NCBI GenBank assembly: GCA_034530615.2
Contig: JAVRCV020000052.1
Span: forward strand, 122,559 to 154,558
Direction of reading: 5' to 3'
Origin: Aulosira sp. ZfuVER01
GTDB taxonomy: Bacteria; Cyanobacteriota; Cyanobacteriia; Cyanobacteriales; Nostocaceae
DNA: 32,000 nucleotides
The stretch's first letter is position 1. Each line of letters opens with the position of its first letter. Both the position numbers and the translations under genes were made by a program. The notes under the pieces were generated by a model. The model saw only the letters and a program-made list of their open reading frames with translations. It ran no database searches and was not told where the DNA came from. Shown piece after piece: positions 6,810 through 14,904 of the stretch.

Positions 6810-9800
6810 CCAACGAGAATTGGCAAGGGATAAACATTAAGGGTGGCGAGACTAACATCAACAACCCAATCATCAATTTTGGGTCATCACAACAGACTTC
6901 TCCACCAAATATCCCCAACAATTTAATTTACAAAGGCGCGGTCGAGTTTGTTGGGCGAGAAAATGAACTTACCGATATCCATCAGAAATTGCAGCAGTCG
7001 GCTAACGTAGCAATTTCGGCGGTAGCTGGGATGGGTGGTATCGGCAAAACAGAACTAGCAACCCAGTACGCATTAAGACATGAAGCTGATTATCCTGGCG
7101 GTATCTGCTGGCTAAATGCAAGAGAATCAGAATTAGCAGCTAGCATTGTGCAATTTTATCTGTTGTACATTGGTCAAGAAATCCCAAAAGAATTGGGGGG
7201 AAAACTGCTGAACCTCCAAGAACAAGTACGGTGGTGTTGGCAGCATTGGCAACCATCTGAGGGTTTGGTGTTGGTAGTATTAGATGATGTCACTAATTTA
7301 GAGAATCTGCGAGAATTACAACCAACAACCAACCGCTTCCGGGTACTCATCACCACCCGCTTACGCAATCTCAACCGCAATTTTGTCAAGGAAATTTCCT
7401 TAGATGTACTCCCGGAAATCAAAGCTTTAGAACTGCTAACAGCTTTTGTAGGTGAAAAGCGAATACAACGGGAAGAAACAACAGCTAAACAATTGTGTCA
7501 ATGGCTGGGATATTTACCCTTGGGGTTGGAATTAGTCGGACAGTATTTAGCTGAAGATCCAGATTTATCCTTAGCAGAAATGTTGGAACGGCTGAAAGTG
7601 CAACGCATAGAGGATGAAGCACTAGAACGGAGACAGCCAACCCTGAGTGCAGCACAGCTGGGAGTGAAAGCCGCCTTTGAATTAAGCTGGCGAGAACTGG
7701 ATGAAAAAACTCAGCTTGTAGGTGCGTTGTTGAGTTTATTTGCTCCTGATGTTATACCTTGGCAATTGGCAGAGGCTACCAGTGAGTTGCTGAATTGGGC
7801 AAAGGCAGATGTAACGGAAGCGAGAAAGCAACTCTACAAACGCCATCTCATTCAAAGATTAGAAGATACAAACGCTTGTTATCAAATTCATCCATTAATT
7901 CGACAATTTCTCCAAGGAAAATTTGGACAAATTCCTCTCATTACTGGCAAGGAAGAGTTAGGAATGGAATTCAAACAAGCTTTTGCAACTGCGATGGTAG
8001 CAAAGGCAAAAGAAATTCCTAAAACTCCCACCCGTGAATTTATTGAGTCAATACAAGGTACTATTCCCCATGTCCAAGAAGTTGCCCAGAACTTAATTCA
8101 TGCCGTCAAGGATGAAGATTTAACTTGGGTATTTGTTGGCTTGGGTAATTTTTATGAAGGACAGGGTTTGTATGCGTTAGCAGAACCTTGGCGTATACAA
8201 TGTTTATCAACAGTCAAAACTCGTTTGGGAGAAGAACATCCCGAAGTTGCTACCAGCCTCAACAACTTGGCTAATCTCTACGAATCCCAAGGAAATTACA
8301 CCGCAGCCGAACCCTTGTTTCAGCAAGCTTTGGCAATGAGAAAACGCCTGCTGGGAGAAGAACATCCCAACATTGCCCAAAGCCTCAACAACTTGGCTAA
8401 TGTCTACGAATCCCAAGGAAATTACACTGTAGCTAAACCCTTGTATCAGCAAGCTTTGGCAATGTATAAACGCCTGCTGGGAGATGAACATCCCCACGTC
8501 GCCACCAGCCTCAGCAACTTGGCTAATGTCTACTATTTCCAAGGAAATTATACTGTAGCTAAACCCTTGTATCAGCAAGCTTTGGCAATGAGAAAACGCC
8601 TGCTGGGAGATCAACATCCCGACATCGCCACCAGCCTCAGCAACTTGGCTAATCTCTACTATTCCCAAGGAAGGTACTCCGAAGCCGAACCTTTGCATCA
8701 GCAAGCTTTGGCAATGAGAAAACGCCTGCTGGGAGATCAACATCCCGACACCGCTACAAGCCTTATCGACTTGGCTGATCTCTACTCTTCCCAAGGAAAT
8801 TACACCGCAGCCGAACCCTTGTATCAGCAAGCTTTGGCAATGCATAAACATCTGCTGGGAGATGAACATCCCCACGTCGCCATTAGCCTCAACAGCTTGG
8901 CTAATCTCTACTCTTCCCAAGGAAATTACACCGCAGCCGAACCCTTGTATCAGCAAGCTTTGGCAATGCATAAACATCTGCTGGGAGATGAACATCCCCG
9001 AGTCGCCACCAGCCTCAACAACTTGGCTAATCTCTACTATTCCCAAGGAAGGTATGCCGATGCCGAACCCTTATATCAGCAAGCTTTGGCAATGAGAAAA
9101 CGGCTGCTGGGAAATGAACATCCCCGAGTCGCCACCAGCCTCAACAACTTGGCTAATCTCTACAAATCCCAAGGAAATTACACCGCAGCTGAACCTTTGT
9201 ATCTGCAAGCTTTGGCAATGAGTAAACGCCTGCTGGGAGATGAACATCCCGATGTTGCCGCCAGCCTCAACAACTTGGCTTTACTCTACTCTTCCCAAGG
9301 AAATTACACCGCAGCCGAACCCTTGTATCAGCAAGCTTTGGCAATGCATAAACATCTGCTGGGAGATGAACATCCCCACGTCGCCATCAGCCTTAATAAC
9401 TTGGCTTTACTCTACTCTTCCCAAGGAAATTACACCGCAGCTGAACCTTTGTATCTGCAAGCTTTGGCAATGAGTAAACGCCTGCTGGGAGATGAACATC
9501 CCGACATCGCCACCAGCCTTAACAACTTGGCTTATCTCTACTCTTCCCAAGGAAATTACACCGCAGCTGAACCTTTGTATCTGCAAGCTTTGGCAATGAG
9601 TAAACGCCTGCTGGGAGATGAACATCCCGATGTTGCCGCCAGCCTCAACAACTTGGCTTTACTCTACTCTTCCCAAGGAAATTACACCGCAGCCGAACCC
9701 TTGTATCAGCAAGCTTTGGCAATGCATAAACATCTGCTGGGAGATGAACATCCCCACGTCGCCATCAGCCTCAACGACTTGGCTTTACTCTACTATTCCC

Positions 9801-9934
9801 AAGGAAATTACGCCGCCGCCGCACCCTTGTATCTGCAAGCTTTGGCAATTTTTGAGCAAAAATTAGGTGTCGATCATCCTCGTACAGTTAAGTGTCGTCA
9901 AAATCTTGAACTTCTTCATGCTGCTAACTCTTAA
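6806..9934 (+). CDS. NLR-like STAND ATPase: N-terminal short signalling motif + NB-ARC + TPR array
   Basis: Residues 4-27 are ENWQGINIKGGETNINNPIINFGS. NB-ARC motifs are present: P-loop GMGGIGKT (7028-7051), Walker B LVLVVLDDV, RVLITTR, GYLPLGLELVG (GLPL-like) and YQIHPLIRQF (MHD-like). These are followed by 13 full 42-aa TPR units plus a C-terminal cap. Confidence 0.92.
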   Translation: MTNENWQGINIKGGETNINNPIINFGSSQQTSPPNIPNNLIYKGAVEFVGRENELTDIHQKLQQSANVAISAVAGMGGIGKTELATQYALRHEADYPGGICWLNARESELAASIVQFYLLYIGQEIPKELGGKLLNLQEQVRWCWQHWQPSEGLVLVVLDDVTNLENLRELQPTTNRFRVLITTRLRNLNRNFVKEISLDVLPEIKALELLTAFVGEKRIQREETTAKQLCQWLGYLPLGLELVGQYLAEDPDLSLAEMLERLKVQRIEDEALERRQPTLSAAQLGVKAAFELSWRELDEKTQLVGALLSLFAPDVIPWQLAEATSELLNWAKADVTEARKQLYKRHLIQRLEDTNACYQIHPLIRQFLQGKFGQIPLITGKEELGMEFKQAFATAMVAKAKEIPKTPTREFIESIQGTIPHVQEVAQNLIHAVKDEDLTWVFVGLGNFYEGQGLYALAEPWRIQCLSTVKTRLGEEHPEVATSLNNLANLYESQGNYTAAEPLFQQALAMRKRLLGEEHPNIAQSLNNLANVYESQGNYTVAKPLYQQALAMYKRLLGDEHPHVATSLSNLANVYYFQGNYTVAKPLYQQALAMRKRLLGDQHPDIATSLSNLANLYYSQGRYSEAEPLHQQALAMRKRLLGDQHPDTATSLIDLADLYSSQGNYTAAEPLYQQALAMHKHLLGDEHPHVAISLNSLANLYSSQGNYTAAEPLYQQALAMHKHLLGDEHPRVATSLNNLANLYYSQGRYADAEPLYQQALAMRKRLLGNEHPRVATSLNNLANLYKSQGNYTAAEPLYLQALAMSKRLLGDEHPDVAASLNNLALLYSSQGNYTAAEPLYQQALAMHKHLLGDEHPHVAISLNNLALLYSSQGNYTAAEPLYLQALAMSKRLLGDEHPDIATSLNNLAYLYSSQGNYTAAEPLYLQALAMSKRLLGDEHPDVAASLNNLALLYSSQGNYTAAEPLYQQALAMHKHLLGDEHPHVAISLNDLALLYYSQGNYAAAAPLYLQALAIFEQKLGVDHPRTVKCRQNLELLHAANS
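8140..9900 (+). repeat. 126-bp tandem array encoding the TPR units of the NLR (approximate bounds)
   Basis: The period is exactly 126 bp; for example the CAT of the HP dipeptide falls at 8237 and at 8363. Positions 9167-9393 are identical base for base to 9545-9771, a 227-bp match at an offset of 378 bp (3 units). Confidence 0.9.
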
Positions 9935-10015
9935 CTCTTTACTTTGGCTTTCGGTAGCAGACAGCGATCAAATAATTGCACAATAAAAGTAGTTCGTCAT
10001 AGTTACTACTTAGAA

Positions 10016-11410
10016 ATGCCGACTAAACTAGCAGATGCACAAAATTTACTTTCCGATCTAATTGCCCGCTACTCATCTCGTGTAGATTATTTGATGATTC
10101 GCCTGGAAGAAGCCGAAGGTACTGATATCTTGTTGCGTGGTGACAAGGTAGAAACCCTCAGCGAAGGTATCTCAATGGGCGGACATATTCGCGCTTGTTA
10201 TAAAGGCGGGTGGGGCTTAAGCTGCTTTAATCGGCTTTCGACAATTCAAGAACGGATCGAAGAAGCGATCGCAGCTGCGCGCATGGTAGGTGATGAAGAG
10301 ACTGTACTAGCTCCAATTGACCCAGTGCAAGCAGTATGCAGTCTACCCCTCACAGGAACCGATCCGCGCAAAATTTCGTTGAGTCAGAAAAAAGAATTAT
10401 GCGATCGCTATTCCGATCTACTCAAAAGCGTTGATTCCCGAATTACTACAACTTCAGTCCGCTACGGTGATACTGCCCAAAAAATTATTCTTGCCACCTC
10501 AGATGGTACATTCATTGAACAATCTTGGGTGGACATGGAAATGCGCTTCGCTGCTACTGCGAGAAACGGCGAAACTGTCCAAACCGGCAGAGAAACCACC
10601 GGTTCACGCAAAGCCTACGAAGATTTAACCAAATTAGACGAACAAGTTAAGAGTGCTTCTCAAAGAGCGATCGCAGCTTTATCTCTACCATCAGTAAAAG
10701 GTAATACTTATACCGTCGTAATTGACCCTATACTTACTGGTTTATTTGTTCACGAAGCCTTTGGACATCTGTCTGAAGCTGATATGGCTTACGAAAACCC
10801 GGATATTTTAGAAGTCATGACCATTGGACGGCGATTTGGCCCAGAAGAACTGCAAATTTTTGATGGTGCTGCGCCCGAAGGACATCGCGGTAGTTATTTT
10901 TACGACGATGAAGGCACACCTGCCACAACAACCCAACTAATTAAAGATGGAGTTTTGGTAGGACGTTTGCATTCCCGTGAAACCGCAGGCAAATTGGATG
11001 AAGCACCCACAGGCAATGCCCGTTGCCTTAATTATCACTTCACTCCCATTGTACGGATGACAAATACCTGGATTGAAAGAGGTAAAACACCAGTTGCAGA
11101 CTTATTTAGCCATATCAAAGAAGGCGTATATGCCCGTAATTGGCTAGGTGGAATGACCAATGGGGAAATGTTTACCTTTAGCGCCGGGGAAGCATGGATG
11201 ATTAGAAACGGCAAAATCGCTGAACCTGTCAGAGATGTCACCCTTTCTGGTAACGTTTTCCAAACCTTAGCAGATATTGAAGCAATTGGTGATGACTTTT
11301 ACTGGGATGAATCTGGCGGTTGTGGTAAAGGTGGACAAAATGGCTTACCTGTAGGTTGTGGCGGCCCCAGCCTGCGAATTCGAGATGTAGTAGTTGGCGG
11401 TGAAACTTAA
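10016..11410 (+). CDS. tldD: TldD-type metallopeptidase (TldD/PmbA family, peptidase U62)
   Basis: It carries the HEAFGH metal-binding motif and a GGGxG-rich C-terminus (GGCGKGGQNGLPVGCGGP). I prefer the ATG at 10016 (MPTKLADAQNLL...) over the track's TTG at 9944. Confidence 0.85.
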   Translation: MPTKLADAQNLLSDLIARYSSRVDYLMIRLEEAEGTDILLRGDKVETLSEGISMGGHIRACYKGGWGLSCFNRLSTIQERIEEAIAAARMVGDEETVLAPIDPVQAVCSLPLTGTDPRKISLSQKKELCDRYSDLLKSVDSRITTTSVRYGDTAQKIILATSDGTFIEQSWVDMEMRFAATARNGETVQTGRETTGSRKAYEDLTKLDEQVKSASQRAIAALSLPSVKGNTYTVVIDPILTGLFVHEAFGHLSEADMAYENPDILEVMTIGRRFGPEELQIFDGAAPEGHRGSYFYDDEGTPATTTQLIKDGVLVGRLHSRETAGKLDEAPTGNARCLNYHFTPIVRMTNTWIERGKTPVADLFSHIKEGVYARNWLGGMTNGEMFTFSAGEAWMIRNGKIAEPVRDVTLSGNVFQTLADIEAIGDDFYWDESGGCGKGGQNGLPVGCGGPSLRIRDVVVGGET

Positions 11411-11773
11411 AAAATTCGTAATTCAACACGTTTCAGTCAGGGTCTAAATCTTGTTCTGAAACTTAAGCTAAGTGTAGCCAAAAGGCAATTCCCATCATAA
11501 TCAAAAGGTGACGAATCTGCCTGTACCAATCAGCAATCTGTAGGCTATGCTTTTAAGCATAGGGCAAACACATATTTTTTAGCTGTTCAAAACATGAAGA
11601 ACAGTTAGAGTAATTTGCATGACATGATGCTCAGAAAAATTTTGTGACATTGGTCATGCTTTGCGTAAATCCTGTTGTATTTTTATCGGCAATCAGCTAA
11701 CAGAGGGGAAATTTACAATCACAAGGCTTTTGCCCTGCTGTTAAACAGGATTGACTTGAGAGGTATTTCATCA

Positions 11774-13174
11774 ATGAATAAAACTTCCCAGACGCAAAGC
11801 AGCGCCAGTATTTCCCTATTGGGCAGAATCAATTTAAAAGTTACAAAAAAGAAAATTTTATTCACTTCCCTTGTCTTATTTGTGGCTTTACTCAGTGTGG
11901 GTGGTGTGTGGTTTTCTAGCAGGTATAAGTTTGCTAATAAAATGGCAATCAAACTACAAGAACTATCTAATGCTGAGTATCCTGCTAATCCGGCTCTATT
12001 AAGTAAAAACTTCCAAAGATATTCTAGCCGTAAATTAACCATTATCAAGAGAGATGCTACTCACTTTGATTTTGTGTTAGAGCCAACAAACACAAAAACA
12101 GCAAAAATAGTCATCAAAAATGTTGATCTAAAATTATTAGTACCTAAAGTACCAGAATGGGTTAAAAAAGACAAAGATTTAGAATTAATTGCTTTTGTCG
12201 AACGGGAATGGAACAGACAGCAAGTAAGTTTTCCGGCTAACTCAGAAAATATAGAAATTAGTGGCGGTGATGGTTTTGAAAAGCAAAATCTCTATGAAAT
12301 TGCTTTAAGCAACAATTGCTTAAATGCAGGATTTTGGGAAATTGCACTTTTTACTAAAGAGGATGGCAATAAATCTCTTTATTATCAAACTTGGTTTACC
12401 TTCCCCATAGGACATTACAAAAATATCTTTGAAAAGATTAATAAAATATCTTATTGGCAGTATTGGTGGAGATTAGAACACTGGCAAGAACCCAGTGATT
12501 CTATTATGAGAAATAATCTGCTAAGAAATATAATCGATCAAAAAGAAGCTCCCGTTAATTTTCCTCTAGATGAAAGAATAATTGCATCCGGAGAACAGAG
12601 TAGAAAAATCAGAACTACCTTAACGAAAAACCTCACAACTTGGAGAGATTTTTACAGCAATAAACAAGAAATTAAATTTGCGGCTTTTCAACCACCAGGA
12701 TTTTATAACCCTGACCAAATTTGGAATACTCAATACTGGAGAATAGGTAAATTTGAAAAAGCTATTTTGAAAAACATTAAGCCTGTGAATAATGACACAA
12801 CCTTACAGGAAATTGAGTTATTATTCACTGATACTAAGACTGGTGAAAAAAATAGATTATTTATCAGTGGTATTAATTTCAAAGATTTGCCTAGTTTGGC
12901 TATTTCAGATTATGCTAAGGGCTTAACTATGCCTCTAGGAATTGGGGTTCCGCCATTTTTGCAAAGCTACGAAGAATTAAACAAGAATCATCCAGATGAA
13001 AGCCCTTACTTTAGTTTCTTGCTAGATTCTCAAGATAGATGGATCAATCATCACCAATTAGGAGTTGATGGTTCAATCATGCATCTGGATAAGAACAACC
13101 CCAATCTTTTGCATCTTTACTTACTTTCTTATGAACGAAATACTTTAATTGCTCATTTTTTGGTGAATCTATAG
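11774..13174 (+). CDS. Hypothetical membrane-anchored protein, AT-rich, with no recognisable domain
   Basis: Long uninterrupted ORF with one N-terminal TM helix (ILFTSLVLFVALLSVGGVWF). I prefer the ATG at 11774 (MNKTSQTQ...) to the track's TTG at 11675. It is visibly more AT-rich and K/N/I-rich than its neighbours. Confidence 0.7.
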   Translation: MNKTSQTQSSASISLLGRINLKVTKKKILFTSLVLFVALLSVGGVWFSSRYKFANKMAIKLQELSNAEYPANPALLSKNFQRYSSRKLTIIKRDATHFDFVLEPTNTKTAKIVIKNVDLKLLVPKVPEWVKKDKDLELIAFVEREWNRQQVSFPANSENIEISGGDGFEKQNLYEIALSNNCLNAGFWEIALFTKEDGNKSLYYQTWFTFPIGHYKNIFEKINKISYWQYWWRLEHWQEPSDSIMRNNLLRNIIDQKEAPVNFPLDERIIASGEQSRKIRTTLTKNLTTWRDFYSNKQEIKFAAFQPPGFYNPDQIWNTQYWRIGKFEKAILKNIKPVNNDTTLQEIELLFTDTKTGEKNRLFISGINFKDLPSLAISDYAKGLTMPLGIGVPPFLQSYEELNKNHPDESPYFSFLLDSQDRWINHHQLGVDGSIMHLDKNNPNLLHLYLLSYERNTLIAHFLVNL

Positions 13175-13200
13175 CAATCTTAAATCATTAATTGTAAACA

Positions 13201-13233
13201 ATATCCCCGAATTCTCAAAGAATTCGGGGATAT
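13201..13233. terminator. Perfect 14-bp stem hairpin between convergent genes (candidate bidirectional terminator)
   Basis: The arm atatccccgaattc (13201-13214), the loop tcaaa and the arm gaattcggggatat (13220-13233). It sits 27 bp after the stop at 13174 and 32 bp after the minus-strand stop at 13265. No strong T-run follows on the plus strand. Confidence 0.6.
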
Positions 13234-13264
13234 GTAGCTTGCATACACAGTTTATGATGGCTAC

Positions 13265-13591
13265 TTAGTCAACTCTTACTTGCTTCAGTAAAGCAATCCA
13301 CATATCTGATGGATTTGAATAGTAATCAATTTCTTCAACTTGATACCGATAATTTTGATAGCCATGTTGCAAAATAATATAGTCACGGGGTTTAATACCT
13401 TTTCCTGTTCCGGTCATGTAACCCCCCAAGCCTCCTTGTCGCGTTTCAAATATGTAGTCTTTGCCTCGCATTAATTGGCTATAATCGTGTATTTTATGCT
13501 TTTGTTGTGTTTCATTTAATATAACGAGCATTGGCAAGAACCCACTAAATAAACTAAAGCTAAAATTAATACCTGTTCTAGGAATAGACAT
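13265..13591 (-). CDS. Small hypothetical protein
   Basis: ORF of 108 aa; an alternative start at M21 gives MLVILNETQQ.... The C-terminal two-thirds look globular (GKDYIFETRQGGLGGYMTGTGKGIKPRDYIILQ...YRYQVEEIDYYSNPSDMWIALL). I recognise no domain. Confidence 0.55.
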   Translation of the reverse strand: MSIPRTGINFSFSLFSGFLPMLVILNETQQKHKIHDYSQLMRGKDYIFETRQGGLGGYMTGTGKGIKPRDYIILQHGYQNYRYQVEEIDYYSNPSDMWIALLKQVRVD

Positions 13592-14277
13592 AGTGAGTTT
13601 TCCAAAAGATTATGTTTACAAAAAGAGTTTTAGCTAGATGAGTATTAGGTTTTTCCAAAAACTAAGCGAGAAAAATGTTGTGTAAATTGTAATTAGAAAA
13701 TAACCTTACAAGATTGTACTCTGGATATGAGTCTAACTAATTACAAGCCACTGCACTTATATGTGCAAAAATTTAACCAATACAGTTCAGTTAATTCTGC
13801 TTATTCTTCAGATAATACTGAACCCTATTGAATTTATGGAATATATAACCCAAGTCTTATCTGCACCCTATTGCAACATAAACTCAAAAATTATTAGCAG
13901 TTCTCTGAGAACATACTCAAAAACGATCCCACGATCAGTATTTATAATTGGGAATCATTTTTTTAAAACTAATTAGATAAAAATCTTTCAAATTGTTACT
14001 ACATAAAATTTCTATGGTTTCTCATGCCAGATAAATAATGAAAATAGAAGTAGCAAAGCTATTACTAGCTAACTATAGTGCCCTCAAGATTAAATGTGAG
14101 CCTAATAATCAGTTTACAGTAATAGCGATCTTAGCGTCTACTGTAAAATTACCAAAATATTATGTGCAGTATATCCATATATAGGCTTCTATCCTCGACA
14201 TAGGTATACACATTAATCTATCAATATCTGATGTCCTGGCAACATCACTAAGATGTATTTTAAACAACAAAAATGCT

Positions 14278-14874
14278 CTATTTTGCGCTAACTTTTTTTA
14301 TAGCAGTATCTACTTGCTTCAGTAATAATTCTAATGCTTGAGAATTATCTAATACAACATCGGCACGAGCCACTTTTTCTGTAATAGGCATTTGGCTATT
14401 GATTCTAGCTTCTGCTTGTTCTTGAGTTAAGTGATTTCGATGTATTAATCTTTGCAACTGTTGCGACTCAGAACAATGCACTACCCAAATTTCTGTTACT
14501 AAATTAGCCATCTGAGCTTCAAATAGCAGAGGTATGACTAAAACTAATGTTGGTGCAGAGGTTTCAGCAATTGCTTTGAAAAAGCGATCGCCTACATAAG
14601 GATGAATTAAATTCTCTATCCAATTGCGTTCATCTGGACTAGCAAAAATAATTTCGCCCAGCTTTTGGCGGTTCAAGTTGCCATCTGGAAGTAAAATTTG
14701 TGCGCCGTAACGTTGTGCGATCGCGCCCAGAAGAGGCGAACCTACAGACACTGCATCTCTAGCATAAATATCTGCATCGAAAATCGGCAAATTATAAGCG
14801 CTAGCTAAATAGTTAGCGACAGTAGTTTTACCTGTAGCGATACCTCCAGTTAAACCGATCAAGCGTTTGGTCAT
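14278..14874 (-). CDS. coaE: Dephospho-CoA kinase
   Basis: The N-terminal P-loop IGLTGGIATGKTT and the overall length of about 200 aa are typical of CoaE. Confidence 0.9.
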   Translation of the reverse strand: MTKRLIGLTGGIATGKTTVANYLASAYNLPIFDADIYARDAVSVGSPLLGAIAQRYGAQILLPDGNLNRQKLGEIIFASPDERNWIENLIHPYVGDRFFKAIAETSAPTLVLVIPLLFEAQMANLVTEIWVVHCSESQQLQRLIHRNHLTQEQAEARINSQMPITEKVARADVVLDNSQALELLLKQVDTAIKKVSAK

Positions 14875-14904
14875 TTGTCGTTTTTATATGTCATTTTTTC
14901 TTTT

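Noticed and set aside
8207-9866. Several ORFs overlapping the NLR in other frames or on the opposite strand (8207-9046 minus, 8862-9095, 9240-9473, 9407-9625 minus, 9618-9866)
   Set aside because: They all lie inside the 126-bp TPR repeat array. Their length results from the periodic sequence lacking stops in several frames. Their products are repetitive nonsense (for example MNIPTSP...STTWL...), and the in-frame NB-ARC/TPR reading has full motif support.
9944-10015. N-terminal extensions from alternative start codons in the track (9944 for tldD, and likewise 11675, 18960, 20457, 24028, 24988 and 27680)
   Set aside because: The extensions start at TTG, GTG or distal ATG codons and add non-conserved-looking peptides. 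Internal start codons (ATG, or GTG at 20508 for ktrA) give N-termini that fit the protein families, such as a signal peptide, the first TM helix or the family N-terminus. In the lnt case the extension would run through a terminator hairpin.
13761-13976. The 71-aa ORF from the track
   Set aside because: It is extremely AT-rich and low-complexity (I/L/N/K-rich), has no motif, and sits in a spacer. It is most likely a chance ORF.
14038-14184. A 48-aa ORF I read in the same spacer (MKIEVAKLLLANYS...)
   Set aside because: It is short, has no recognisable family, and lies in AT-rich DNA where chance ORFs are expected. I mention it only as something to test with conservation or ribosome profiling data.
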